From: an uncultured Gemmatimonadales bacterium
GTDB lineage: Bacteria > Gemmatimonadota > Gemmatimonadetes > Longimicrobiales > RSA9
Direction: 5' to 3'
Assembly (NCBI GenBank): GCA_963798085.1
Contig: CAWCRS010000005.1
Coordinates: forward strand, 320,001-384,000
Length of the DNA stretch: 64,000 nt
The notes below the pieces were generated by a model that was given only the letters and a program-made list of their open reading frames with translations, was not told the origin of the DNA and did no database searches. Every line of letters starts with the position of its first letter. Position 1 is the stretch's first letter. Shown here in pieces: positions 1-9,465 of the stretch. Position numbers and translations under genes: made by a program.

Positions 1-322
1 AGGCGGCGCGCGGCCCCTGTACGCCGGCTTCGACCAGCGCTGTTGCCACGGTGGCGCTGGCCATCAGTTCAAAGGCGATGACCGGCTCGCCCCACGCGAT
101 TTCCTCCAGCACGGCAGCGCACGTGGGCATGCCGAACCCGAGGCCGTTCTGCGCTACGGGCACGAGCATGCCGTGAAAACCCAGTTCCGCTACCTGCGCA
201 CGCACATCCGCGTCGATGGCGCGCGCGTGGTCCCAGTGCTCGACGCGCGGGCGCAGCCGCTCGGCCGCGAACTGGCTGGCCAGCTCACGAACTTCCTGCA
301 ATGCTCCGAGGGTTTCCTGCAC
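1..322 (-). CDS. acyl-CoA dehydrogenase, N-terminal part (runs off window)
   Basis: Manual minus-strand translation from GTG at 322: MQETLGALQEVRELASQFAAERLRPRVEHWD...AELGFHGMLVP...GLG...AAVLEEIAWGE, typical acyl-CoA dehydrogenase N-domain; GAGG RBS upstream; follows hbd. Confidence 0.8.
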   Translation of the reverse strand, partial: MQETLGALQEVRELASQFAAERLRPRVEHWDHARAIDADVRAQVAELGFHGMLVPVAQNGLGFGMPTCAAVLEEIAWGEPVIAFELMASATVATALVEAGVQGPRAA

Positions 323-338
323 GGTTACCTCTTTCCGC

Positions 339-1196
339 TCACGCGGAATTCGATGCGTAGTCGTAGAACCCGCGACCGCTCTTCCGACCCAGCCAGCCGG
401 CTGCCACGTAGTTGCGCAGCAGCGGACACGGCCGGTACTTGTCGCCCAGATCGCGGTGCAGCACTTCCATGATGGCAAGGCACGTGTCGAGGCCGATCAG
501 GTCGGCGAGCGCCAGTGGTCCGAGCGGGTGGTTCATGCCCAGCTTCATCACGGTGTCGATGGCCTCGCCGGTGGCCACGCCTTCCATCAGGCAGAACACA
601 GCCTCGTTGATCATGGGCATGAGCACACGATTGGAGACGAAGCCCGCGTAGTCGTTCACCTCGACCGGCGTCTTGTCCAGTGCGCGCGCCAGTTCCATCA
701 CGCGACCCGTGACGGCGTCTGAGGTCTGCAGTCCCCGGATGACCTCCACCAGCTTCATCAGCGGCACGGGATTCATGAAGTGCATGCCGATGACACGCTC
801 CGGATGCGCAACGCCGCGCGCCAGCGAACTGATCGATATTGACGACGTGTTAGTGGCCAGTACGGCGTTCGGGTCAATGCTGCCCAGCTCGCGCAGCAGG
901 TCCGCCTTGAGGCGGGCATCCTCGGGCACTGCCTCGACCACGAGGTCCGCGCCCGCCGCTGCGCTCCGATCCGTGCTGGTACGCAGGCGGGCCATGGTCG
1001 CCTGCTTCGCCTCGGCGGGCAGTGTGCCCTTCTTCACCTGCCGATCCAGGTTGCCGGCGATGGTGGCCAGTGCGCGCTGCAGTGGTTCTGCGGCCACGTC
1101 GATCAGCGTCACGTCGTGTCCGTACTGTGCGAACACGTGTGCGATGCCGTTGCCCATGGTACCGGCACCGATCACGGCCACTGTCTGCCCGCTCAT
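339..1196 (-). CDS. hbd: 3-hydroxybutyryl-CoA dehydrogenase
   Basis: GAGTMGNG Rossmann motif, [38 protein letters not shown]. Confidence 0.95.
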   Translation of the reverse strand: MSGQTVAVIGAGTMGNGIAHVFAQYGHDVTLIDVAAEPLQRALATIAGNLDRQVKKGTLPAEAKQATMARLRTSTDRSAAAGADLVVEAVPEDARLKADLLRELGSIDPNAVLATNTSSISISSLARGVAHPERVIGMHFMNPVPLMKLVEVIRGLQTSDAVTGRVMELARALDKTPVEVNDYAGFVSNRVLMPMINEAVFCLMEGVATGEAIDTVMKLGMNHPLGPLALADLIGLDTCLAIMEVLHRDLGDKYRPCPLLRNYVAAGWLGRKSGRGFYDYASNSA

Positions 1197-2152
1197 GTTT
1201 CCCGGTCCAGCAGAGGTCGCAGTGCGCGCATGCCGGCCGCTTCGCGCACGGCCGGCAGCGTCAGTACGACGATGATGGAGAAGCCGAACGCGATGGTCGC
1301 CGCAATTCCGCCTTCCGGCCCGAACGCGCCACCCGTGAACCAGGCGCGGCCGTTGACTGCGGGTTCGTACAGCGGCGTGTTCAGGATGGCGAGTCCGCTG
1401 ACCGGCAGGTCGAGGAGACTGGCCATGCCCCAGTTCCAGCCGAGATGCAGGCCGCCGGCGAACCAGAGGCTGCGCGTCCGCACGTAGGCAATGGAAAGCA
1501 GCACACCCGCGATGAAGATGTTTCCGAGCGCCAGCACGCTCGCGTGCGGATTGTGCGCGTGGGCGGCGGCAAACACCGTGCTACCCAGCAGTGTGGCCGT
1601 GAGCGGGCCGGCGGCGCGGCCCACCGTCTGGAACGCATAGCCGCGGAACAGCGCTTCTTCCGCGAAGGCAGCAACGGCGAGCAGGCCAAACGCCTGTGCA
1701 TTGGCGCCCAGCCATGCAGCCGCGCTGCCCGCCTGGCGCGTGTAGTGCAGGTCGCCAGCGATGGCGAGCAGTCCGGCGGCGAGGCCGATGCTGACGGTGC
1801 CAATGACCAGGCCGAGTCCCAGTTCGCGCGCCGTGGCTCGGGTCAGCGCCAGTCCCAGCGCGCCGACCGGGCGCTGATCCAGCCAGCGCAGCAGAAGTGC
1901 GCCCGCGATCAGCGCGGCTGCGAGATTCAGCGCAGAGCCGGCCAGCAGTCCGCTCTCATTGCTCTGTGTGGCGACCGGGAACGTCAACATTCCGGCGACC
2001 AGCAGCAATTCGAGCACGACCAGGAACAGTGCCGTACGCGTGAGTGCGCCCGGCACGGAGGCCTCGCGCAGCCGATGGCGCACGTGCGTCGTCATCTGCT
2101 GCCAGAGTTGTGAAACCCTGTCCGCTACTGAATGCGTGCGTCCGCGGTGCAT
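1193..2152 (-). CDS. CPBP family intramembrane metalloprotease (CAAX protease/Abi); true start may be slightly downstream
   Basis: EEALFRG, FAAAH and HLGWN motifs within multiple hydrophobic helices. Confidence 0.9.
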   Translation of the reverse strand: MHRGRTHSVADRVSQLWQQMTTHVRHRLREASVPGALTRTALFLVVLELLLVAGMLTFPVATQSNESGLLAGSALNLAAALIAGALLLRWLDQRPVGALGLALTRATARELGLGLVIGTVSIGLAAGLLAIAGDLHYTRQAGSAAAWLGANAQAFGLLAVAAFAEEALFRGYAFQTVGRAAGPLTATLLGSTVFAAAHAHNPHASVLALGNIFIAGVLLSIAYVRTRSLWFAGGLHLGWNWGMASLLDLPVSGLAILNTPLYEPAVNGRAWFTGGAFGPEGGIAATIAFGFSIIVVLTLPAVREAAGMRALRPLLDRET

Positions 2153-2170
2153 GAAAAAACCCCCGGGCGA

Positions 2171-2764
2171 TCAGAGCCACCCGAGGGTTCGCGCGCGGAA
2201 GCGCATGCCAATGAGAAGGGCCAGTGCGACCTTGAGCAGGTCACCCGCAATGAAGGGCACCAGGCCGGTCGCGAGCGCATGCACGGGGTCTCCTGTCAGC
2301 AGCGTCAGCTGGGCAACACCGCCCGCGAAGATCACCGCAGTGCCCAGCAGAATCGCGAAGCCGAGCCGCAGTGCGGCGCGCACATTCCAGCTCGAGCGGA
2401 GCGGGCCGGCCAGCCAGCCGGTGACCGCGGCAGCCAGCGGAAAGGCCAGCAGGTACCCGCCGGTGGGACCGAGCAGCCAGCCAACGCCCGCGCGGCCTGC
2501 CGCGAACACGGGCGCGCCCAGTGCGCCAGCCATGAGATACGCCGCCTGCGATGCCGCACCCAGGAACGGCCCCAGCAGCACGCCCGCCAGTGACACCACG
2601 AGCGTCTGCAGGGTGACCGGCACCAGCGTGCCCGGCAGCGGCACGGCCACGGCAGCGCCCAGCGCAGTGAGCAGGGCGAACAGCGCAACCGCCAGCACGC
2701 GACGTGTAACACGATTGTTAGTCGATACGGCTTCTGCCCGCCGGCCCGTCAGCGCGTCGCTCAT
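2171..2764 (-). CDS. bioY: biotin transporter BioY
   Basis: VPVTLQTL, GAPVFAAG, GPTGGYLLAF, PFIAGDLLK motifs; start taken at MSDAL. Confidence 0.92.
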   Translation of the reverse strand: MSDALTGRRAEAVSTNNRVTRRVLAVALFALLTALGAAVAVPLPGTLVPVTLQTLVVSLAGVLLGPFLGAASQAAYLMAGALGAPVFAAGRAGVGWLLGPTGGYLLAFPLAAAVTGWLAGPLRSSWNVRAALRLGFAILLGTAVIFAGGVAQLTLLTGDPVHALATGLVPFIAGDLLKVALALLIGMRFRARTLGWL

Positions 2765-2768
2765 CGAT

Positions 2769-3980
2769 TCAGACCCTTTCCACGGAAAGCGCCACCGCGT
2801 CGCCGCCACCCAGGCACAGCGTGGCCAGACCGGTGTGCGCACCACGCTGTTTCAGCGCGTGCAGCAGCGTCACCAGGATGCGGCTGCCGGATGCGCCAAT
2901 CGGGTGTCCCAGCGCTACGGCACCGCCGTTCACGTTCACGCGGTCCCAGTCGAAGCCCAGCTCGCGGCCATCGGCCAGCGCCTGCACCGCAAACGCTTCG
3001 TTAACCTCGACCAGGTCGTAGTCCCTGATGCTGCGACCATCCTTCGCCATCACCTTGCGCACGGCCTGCACGGGTGCGAAGAACAGCTCGCGCGGCGCCA
3101 CGGCGCCGTTGGCGTAAGCATTGATGCGCGCCAGCATCGTGAGGCCGTGCGCCTTCGCGTACGCCTCACTCGTCACCACCAGCGCGGCCGCGCCATCGTT
3201 CAGGCCCGGTGAGTTGCCTGCGGTCACCACCGGCGAAGTCACTTCTTCCGGCGCGTCGTCCGCGAACGCGGGCTTCAACCGGCTCAGTGACTCGATCGAC
3301 GTGTCGCGCCGCGGCGGCTCGTCCGTATCAATGGTGACCGCGCCCTTGCGGCCCGGTACGCTGACCGGCGCAATCTCTTCCTTGAAGCAGCCCCCATCGA
3401 TGGCGCGAATTGCGCGCTGGTGCGATTCCAGCGCGAACTGGTCCGCGTCCTCGCGCGTCACGCCCGCTTTCCACGCCGTGTATTCGGCGTGTCCACCCAT
3501 GTGACAATGATCGAAGGCGCAGTAGAGCCCATCGTGAATCAGCCCATCGACCAGCTGCTGATTGCCGAACTTCACACCCTCGCGATGACCCAGCAGGTAG
3601 TAGGGCGCATTGGACATGGATTCCATGCCACCCGCCACCAGCACCTGCGCATCGCCCGCGCGGATCGCCTGCGCCGCGAGCATGACCGCCTGCAATCCCG
3701 AGCCACACACGCGGCTCACGGTCATGGCGCCCACCGTGTCCGGCACGCCGCCGTGGAGCGCGGCCTGCCGGGCGGGCGCCTGACCCAGCCCCGCAGCCAG
3801 CACGTTGCCCAGGATCACGTCATCGATGTCGGTGCGCTCAATGCCGGAGCGTTCCAGCGCCGCACGGATGGCGGCGGCGCCCAGCTGGGGCGCGGAAAGC
3901 GGTGCGAGTCCACCGAGAAAACGGCCGATCGGCGTGCGGGCGCCGCTCACGATGACGGCTGTCCGTTCAAGATCTGCCAT
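2769..3980 (-). CDS. acetyl-CoA C-acetyltransferase (thiolase)
   Basis: RTPIG, VCGSGLQA (catalytic Cys), NEAFA, GHPIGASG, LCLGGG. Confidence 0.95.
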   Translation of the reverse strand: MADLERTAVIVSGARTPIGRFLGGLAPLSAPQLGAAAIRAALERSGIERTDIDDVILGNVLAAGLGQAPARQAALHGGVPDTVGAMTVSRVCGSGLQAVMLAAQAIRAGDAQVLVAGGMESMSNAPYYLLGHREGVKFGNQQLVDGLIHDGLYCAFDHCHMGGHAEYTAWKAGVTREDADQFALESHQRAIRAIDGGCFKEEIAPVSVPGRKGAVTIDTDEPPRRDTSIESLSRLKPAFADDAPEEVTSPVVTAGNSPGLNDGAAALVVTSEAYAKAHGLTMLARINAYANGAVAPRELFFAPVQAVRKVMAKDGRSIRDYDLVEVNEAFAVQALADGRELGFDWDRVNVNGGAVALGHPIGASGSRILVTLLHALKQRGAHTGLATLCLGGGDAVALSVERV

Positions 3981-4041
3981 GTTGCTTCATCCCTGATTTT
4001 GCCACGACGTGTGGTCGCGCGCGCACGCGACCCGCCCGTCC

Positions 4042-4070
4042 AAGATACCCGCGTCTGCGGGGTGAGTCTA
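4042..4070 (-). promoter_or_regulatory. possible sigma70-type promoter for the thiolase-bioY-CPBP-hbd-ACAD genes
   Basis: Minus strand TAGACT-N17-TATCTT in the 3981-4103 intergenic gap. Confidence 0.4.
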
Positions 4071-4103
4071 GGGAACGCGCCCGTTTTCCCGTGCTTCGCA
4101 GCA

Positions 4104-5018
4104 TCAGCTTGCGCCGGCCTCGACCAGAGACGGACGCTGCTCATCGCCACCCAGCCAGCCCCATGCCACGACCGGGTCGTGTTCGAAGACGAGCAGCCAT
4201 TCTTCCCGCCTCGCCTGGTCGAGCAACGCGCGCTTGCTCTCCAGCGTGACGAGCGGCTCCACATCGTAGCCCATGATCCAGGGCAGCGGCAGGTGTGCGC
4301 TCGTCGGCATCACATCGGCCAGGAAGCACGCCGTCGCACCCTCGGAGCGCAGCACCACCGACTGGTGATGCGGTGTGTGGCCGGGTGTGCGCCTCAGGGC
4401 GATGCCCGGCACCACTTCCACATCGCCATGCACAAGCTCGAAACGGCCCGCGCTCTGCACGGGATCGAAGTTGTGGGGCAGGTAGCTCGCGGATATGCGC
4501 TCGTTGCGCACGTGCGCCCATTCGAATTCGCCGCGCTGCACGATGTACCGGGCGCGCGGGAACGTCAGCCGGACCTGACCCTCCGCATCCAACAGCGTGT
4601 TGCCCCCGGCGTGATCGAAGTGCAGGTGCGTGTCGATCATGATGTCGATATCCGCGGGTCCGTGTCCCAGCGTGGCCAGCGCCTCTTCCAGGCGAGTCGG
4701 AAACAGGGGCGTGCCCGAATCCGCAGCGGGTGCGTTCTCGATGCCGTAGATGTCGCGGAACTTCTCGTTCTCCTTGTTGCCGACGCCGTTGTCGATGAGT
4801 ACGAGCGCATCGGGCGTTTCCACCAGCAGGCAGCGCAGTGCCAGCGGAATGCGATTGCGTTCATCAGCGGGAATGCGCCGCTGCCACAGCACCTTGGGTA
4901 CGACCCCGAACATGGCGCCGCCATCCAGCCGCTGCAGCCCTGCTTCGAGCGCGTGGATGCGGAAGGCGCCCAGGCTGCGGCTGCGCACCCGTGGCAGCGA
5001 CGGGGTGCTCTCCGTCAT
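4104..5018 (-). CDS. MBL-fold metallo-hydrolase (YtnP-like)
   Basis: LDGGAMFGVVPK, THLHFDHAGG, PGHTPHH, FEHD. Confidence 0.92.
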   Translation of the reverse strand: MTESTPSLPRVRSRSLGAFRIHALEAGLQRLDGGAMFGVVPKVLWQRRIPADERNRIPLALRCLLVETPDALVLIDNGVGNKENEKFRDIYGIENAPAADSGTPLFPTRLEEALATLGHGPADIDIMIDTHLHFDHAGGNTLLDAEGQVRLTFPRARYIVQRGEFEWAHVRNERISASYLPHNFDPVQSAGRFELVHGDVEVVPGIALRRTPGHTPHHQSVVLRSEGATACFLADVMPTSAHLPLPWIMGYDVEPLVTLESKRALLDQARREEWLLVFEHDPVVAWGWLGGDEQRPSLVEAGAS

Positions 5019-5866
5019 GCGTCTCTCACCGGCTCGGGCGATGCCCGGCGCCGGCGTCGCGGCGCCCGTCGCGCAAGCAGTGCCTCCAGCTCGTGCCAGC
5101 GTGCAATCTCGAGTTCGTCCAGACGGTCCAGCATGCGACGGAAGACTTCCGCGGTGGCGCGTGCATCACCGAACGCACGATGCCGGGCCACATTCTCAAC
5201 GCCGAAGAAATGGCTGAGGGAGTCCAGCGAGCGGCGCGAGATCTCGGGCACCACTCGCCTTGCCAGCCGCACAGTGCACAGTACGCGACCGCGCAGCGGC
5301 TGCCCGGAAACCCATGCCAGCTCACTGCTGAGGAAGCGCCAGTCGAACGACGCGTTATGCGCCACGAACACCGCATCCGTCACCACCCGCCGCACTTCAC
5401 CCGCCACATCGCGGAAGCGCGGCGCGCGCGCCACCATGGAGGGCGTGATGCGCGTCAGCTGCGTGATGAAGGGTGGGATCGCGCGCTCCGGATTCACCAG
5501 CGTCGTGTATTCCTCGACGAAGCTGCCATCACCACGCAGGCGCACGGCGGCCACCTCGGTGATGCGGTCGCCACCGTACGCGGAGCAACCGGTCGTCTCC
5601 AGATCCACGATCACGTAATCGAGCGCGCGCAGTCCGTCGTCGGGCGCGCCGCTTCCGGGGTCGGCCCAGCCCTCGCCGAAGCGCCGGCACTCCTGCGTGA
5701 GCCAGCGCGCACGGGCCTGCTCGGCGTAGCCCAGGCGGTAGGGTGGCAACTCGTGCGCGTGCCTGGGCGGCAGGCTGATGCGAATGCCGGTCGCACCGCG
5801 CTGTGTCGCATCCACTACCAGGCCCGCGGGCACGACGGCGGCCGCGTCGGGCGCGCGCGTCACCAC
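5015..5866 (-). CDS. DEDDh 3'-5' exonuclease (DnaQ/Pol III epsilon-like) with N-terminal extension
   Basis: VIVDLETTG, AHNASFD, HRAFGDARAT. Confidence 0.88.
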   Translation of the reverse strand: MVTRAPDAAAVVPAGLVVDATQRGATGIRISLPPRHAHELPPYRLGYAEQARARWLTQECRRFGEGWADPGSGAPDDGLRALDYVIVDLETTGCSAYGGDRITEVAAVRLRGDGSFVEEYTTLVNPERAIPPFITQLTRITPSMVARAPRFRDVAGEVRRVVTDAVFVAHNASFDWRFLSSELAWVSGQPLRGRVLCTVRLARRVVPEISRRSLDSLSHFFGVENVARHRAFGDARATAEVFRRMLDRLDELEIARWHELEALLARRAPRRRRRASPEPVRDA

Positions 5867-7130
5867 GCGGCCTCACGTCGCAGTGGCATGGTCATGCAGC
5901 GCGGGCCACCACCACCGCGCACCAGTTCCGACCCCTCGAACGTGATCACCACGCGATCCTGCTTCCCATCCGCCGCCACATCTTCCTCCCCCGTCAGGAA
6001 CTGCAGTGCCTCCACGATGCGATAGCCCGCCTCGCGCTGCATTTCTTCGTAGGTGTGCTCATTGCGCGCATAGCCGAGCACGAGGCCGGGCCGCAGTGCC
6101 ACGAAGTTGCAGCCACTGGTCCATTGCTCGCGTTCCTGGAACAGCCGTCCGGATCCGCCACAGAAGATCGGCGTCAGCGGCAACCCCACTTCGCGCAGCG
6201 CCGCGAACAGGTCGGGCATCTCGCGCATGCCCTCGCGGCCCGCGTGATAGTGCAGCACCGGATTGCGCGTGGCGCCCACGAAGCTGGGTGGAAACACCAC
6301 ACAGTGCTCGTGGTCCACCATGGTGAAGATCATGTCGAGGTGAATCATGGCGCGGTCGGCGCGATCCGCGGGAATCACCACCAGCAGGATGTCGCGGATG
6401 CCCTGCTCGCGGACCAGCCGCTCCGCCAGCACATCGAAGGCGGCCGGGCTGGAGCGCTCCGACAGGCCCGACCATCGCGCAGATCGGGCCGCGAGCACGT
6501 GCAGATCGCCGCCCTCAATGGTGTATCCCGCGCGCCGCTCTTCGCTGCCATCGTAGATGATCGCCGCGGTTCGCCAGCGCCGGATGATAGCGGAAGAGCG
6601 TCTTCATCAGAATCTCTTCCGTCCACCTCGCCGTGTAGCGCATCGAGCCGATGATCACGCCATCGCCGACGACCATGGCGGCATCACGTGTAAAGAAGAG
6701 GTTAGGCAGGGGCGGCAGGTCGTAGCTCGAGGTGTTCAGCAGGCGCTGCAGCGGACCTTCCTCGACCTGCCGACCTTCAATGAACTGCGCCACCAGCTCG
6801 GCGGCCGGAATCTCCAGCAGGTGATGGCCCAGCGGCTCCGACTGCGCCACGTCCATCACACGCTCCATCAGGAACGGCCGCACACCCGGCTCATCCGCGA
6901 CTTGCTCGAGCAGCTCGCGCACCTCGTAGACTTCGCAGAAGCGCGCCAGGATCGACGCGGAAACAGCTGATGCTCCCGCCGGGCCTGTTCCAGATCGATG
7001 ATGTCATCGTAGAGAAAATCTTCGCGCGTGGCCGGCGTTACCGCGAGCAGCTCCGGTCCCGGCGTGTGGCAGAAGTACTGCTTCGAGCCGGCCGATCTCC
7101 GATGTGACGCCGACTCTCGCCTCCGCCCAT
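5860..7130 (-). CDS. arcA: arginine deiminase, split by several frameshifts (probably assembly errors)
   Basis: Fragments in different frames: VTSEIGRLEAV..HTPGPEL, PLPNLFFTRD, MIHLDMIFT, SELVRGGGGPRCMTMPL (catalytic Cys). Confidence 0.88.
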
Positions 7131-7143
7131 GCCCCTCCCCTTT

Positions 7144-7800
7144 TCACCCGCGCGCCGGGCTCGACCTTCGACTCCGCCGCCCCGCGTTCGCCAGCGCATA
7201 CGAGAGCGCTTCCAGCTCTACCGCCATGTTCACATTCTTCAGCGCTACACCGGGCGGCACGTTCAGCTTGGTAGGCGCGAAGTTCAGGATGGCGCGTACC
7301 CCGGCGCCCACCACCCGGTCCACCAGGGACTGCGCAGCCTCCGCCGGCACCGCGAGAATGACAATGTCGATCTCGCCCTGCGCCAGCACCTGCTCCAGCT
7401 GGGCGTCCGCCTGCACCACCATGCCGCCCCGGCGCTGGCCGACCTTTTCCTGATCAGAATCGAAAACTGCTTCAATGAAGAAGCCCTGCTTGCGGAAATC
7501 CTGATAGCCCATGAGCGCGAGACCGATGCGGCCGGCGCCCACCAGAGCCACACCCCACTGCCGCTCCAGCCCCAGAATCGAGCGCAGCGCCGCGATCAGC
7601 TCGGTGACCGTGTAACCGAGCCCGCGTTTCCCGAAGGTCCCGAACAGCGAAAGATCCTTGCGTACCTGCGCCGCCGTCGTCCCGCAGCGCCGCGCCAGCT
7701 CTTCGCTCGACAGCGTGGCCACGCCTTCGCTCTCCAGCTCGCTCAGCAGTCGCAGATACAGCGAAAGACGTCCTACGGTCGATTCCGAGACCTTCCGCAT
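7144..7800 (-). CDS. rex: redox-sensing transcriptional repressor Rex
   Basis: RLSLYLR, SSEELA, QVRKDLSLFGTFGKRGLGY, VGAGRIG, ILNFAP. Confidence 0.96.
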   Translation of the reverse strand: MRKVSESTVGRLSLYLRLLSELESEGVATLSSEELARRCGTTAAQVRKDLSLFGTFGKRGLGYTVTELIAALRSILGLERQWGVALVGAGRIGLALMGYQDFRKQGFFIEAVFDSDQEKVGQRRGGMVVQADAQLEQVLAQGEIDIVILAVPAEAAQSLVDRVVGAGVRAILNFAPTKLNVPPGVALKNVNMAVELEALSYALANAGRRSRRSSPARG

Positions 7801-7821
7801 CTCGTAAACCACGCCACCACC

Positions 7822-7845
7822 TGTTTGTGAAAGCATTCACAAACA
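7822..7845. promoter_or_regulatory. Rex operator palindrome
   Basis: TGTTTGTGAA-AGCA-TTCACAAACA; core TTGTGAA-N4-TTCACAA at 7825-7842 matches the Rex consensus, about 25 bp upstream of the rex start. Confidence 0.9.
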
Positions 7846-7873
7846 AGCTACCCCACCCCGATATTGCCGTCAA
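7845..7873 (-). promoter_or_regulatory. sigma70-type promoter of rex
   Basis: Minus strand TTGACG (7873-7868)-N17-TAGCTT (7850-7845); the Rex box lies immediately downstream of the -10. Confidence 0.75.
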
Positions 7874-8637
7874 CGATCGCCTGCACCGACCGGCAGACGG
7901 AGCCGCAACTGGCCATTCGGAATCTCAATGCTGCCGCCCAGAGAGCGGGCAATGCGCTGTGCAATGGCGAGGCGCAGGCCGAGTCCGGAGTCGACGCAGG
8001 ACGGTTGTTCGAGGAGTGCCGGGGCGTACTGACGCGGGTCGATGGCCGTGCCGTCGGCGACCAGCAATGCGGCGCTTTCGTCAGCCGCAACGAGCAGGGT
8101 GATGGCGCCGGTGGGAGCGGCACGCACGGCGGCTGCGATGATGAGGTCGACGAGGTGATCGAGGGCTTCGGGGTCGGCGTGGACGCAGGGGCTCTGGCCG
8201 TTGCCGGCGAAGGCCAGGTCGACGCCGCGCGAGGTGGCTTCACCGCTGGACATGGACACGAGTCGGCCGACGGTTTCGTTCAGGCTGATGGCGCCGAGGC
8301 CGGCCTCGTATCGCTCGGGCGCGTCGCCGGTGAGCATCTGGAGTCCGTCGGTCAGGTCACGCAGCTGGCGGGCGGCGCGGCGTATGCGCTCGAGCGCGTC
8401 CGTGGCGCGTTCGCTCATGGGTCCGAGCAGGCCCTCGGAGAGCAGCTCCTGGTAGCCGAGGATCACGCTGGTGGGCGTGCGCAGTTCGTGCGCGATGATG
8501 CCGACAAGACGCCGGTGATCCGGCGACAGGTCTGCCGTCGCATGGCCGTTGGCGGTGGGCGGGCGGCGCAGGCGGCGCGCGAGGAGTGCGAACCCGGCTG
8601 TCAGCGTGGTAAGTCCGATCACGAGTCGGCGCCTCAT
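7870..8637 (-). CDS. membrane-anchored HisKA-domain protein with degenerate HATPase domain
   Basis: N-terminal hydrophobic anchor, H-box AHELRTPTSVILGY, G2-like SGLGLRLAIAQRIA; start ATG overlaps the rsmA stop (ATGA). Confidence 0.8.
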   Translation of the reverse strand: MRRRLVIGLTTLTAGFALLARRLRRPPTANGHATADLSPDHRRLVGIIAHELRTPTSVILGYQELLSEGLLGPMSERATDALERIRRAARQLRDLTDGLQMLTGDAPERYEAGLGAISLNETVGRLVSMSSGEATSRGVDLAFAGNGQSPCVHADPEALDHLVDLIIAAAVRAAPTGAITLLVAADESAALLVADGTAIDPRQYAPALLEQPSCVDSGLGLRLAIAQRIARSLGGSIEIPNGQLRLRLPVGAGDR

Positions 8638-9458
8638 GGCAGGTCGCGGGGGACGCCCGTTTCGCGCAGCGCGCGAGCGAGCGAGATCATTTGCGACGGG
8701 TCGAGGGTCTCCGGCCGGCGCTGGAAATCGATGCCGGTTTTTTCGCTCACCCGTGCGAGCTGATCGAGAGCGAGGGTGTACATCGGCGCGTAGCGCAGCG
8801 TGCGCTGCAGCTGCTTGCGTCGCCAGCCGAAGGCCACCTGCGTCAGTCTGCGGAGATCCATCTCCTCCCGTTCCGAAAGCGGGCATGGCCGGAGCGGTGT
8901 GATCCTCAGCACGGTCGAATCCACGTTGGGCGCCGGACGAAACGCGTGACGTCCGACGTGGAAGAGTCGCTCGACCGCGGCCACCGCCTGGACGCCGATG
9001 GAAAGGGCCCCGTACGCCTCTTCACCGGCGCCTGCGGTAATGCGGTCTGCAACCTCCTTCTGCACCATGAGCACGATGTGTGCCGGACGCCACGCCCGCG
9101 TCAGCAAATGGAAGAGGATGGGCGTGGTGATGTTGTAAGGGATGTTGCCGATTACGCGCAGTGCCGCGGGCTTATCGAAGAGGTCGTCCAGGCGCACGCG
9201 CAGCACATCCGCTTCGTTGACGACAATGTCATCACGACCTTCGAATTCGGAGCGCAGCGCGGCGGCGAGTTCCCGGTCCTTCTCGATGAGGACGAGTCGT
9301 CGCACGTGGCCGGCGAGGTGGCGCGTCAGGGCGCCGGTGCCGGGACCGATCTCGAGCACCTCGTCATCGGGCGCAGCTTCGAGAGCGGCGACAATGCGTC
9401 GCTGGATGTTGGGGTCGACGAGGAAATTCTGGCCGAGGGATTTGCGGGCGCGGCGCAC
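8634..9458 (-). CDS. rsmA: 16S rRNA A1518/A1519 dimethyltransferase
   Basis: KSLGQNFL, EIGPGTGALT, GNIPYNITTPI, MVQKEVADR, FRPAPNVDS. Confidence 0.96.
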   Translation of the reverse strand: MRRARKSLGQNFLVDPNIQRRIVAALEAAPDDEVLEIGPGTGALTRHLAGHVRRLVLIEKDRELAAALRSEFEGRDDIVVNEADVLRVRLDDLFDKPAALRVIGNIPYNITTPILFHLLTRAWRPAHIVLMVQKEVADRITAGAGEEAYGALSIGVQAVAAVERLFHVGRHAFRPAPNVDSTVLRITPLRPCPLSEREEMDLRRLTQVAFGWRRKQLQRTLRYAPMYTLALDQLARVSEKTGIDFQRRPETLDPSQMISLARALRETGVPRDLP

Positions 9459-9465
9459 AGGCGTG

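Noticed and set aside
1193..2152. CAAX/Abi protease as a bacteriocin immunity or phage-defence gene
   Set aside because: No bacteriocin precursor or defence neighbours; the context is an acyl-CoA metabolic operon
3420..5618. Long plus-strand ORFs (732 aa here; also 9142-10827, 32277-33959, 36329-38314, 44047-45867, 45804-47567)
   Set aside because: Antisense shadows of well-supported minus-strand genes; high-GC codon bias removes stop codons and the translations carry no recognisable motifs
5860..7130. arcA as a true pseudogene
   Set aside because: Catalytic motifs are retained and essential genes in the same window are broken the same way; needs reads to settle
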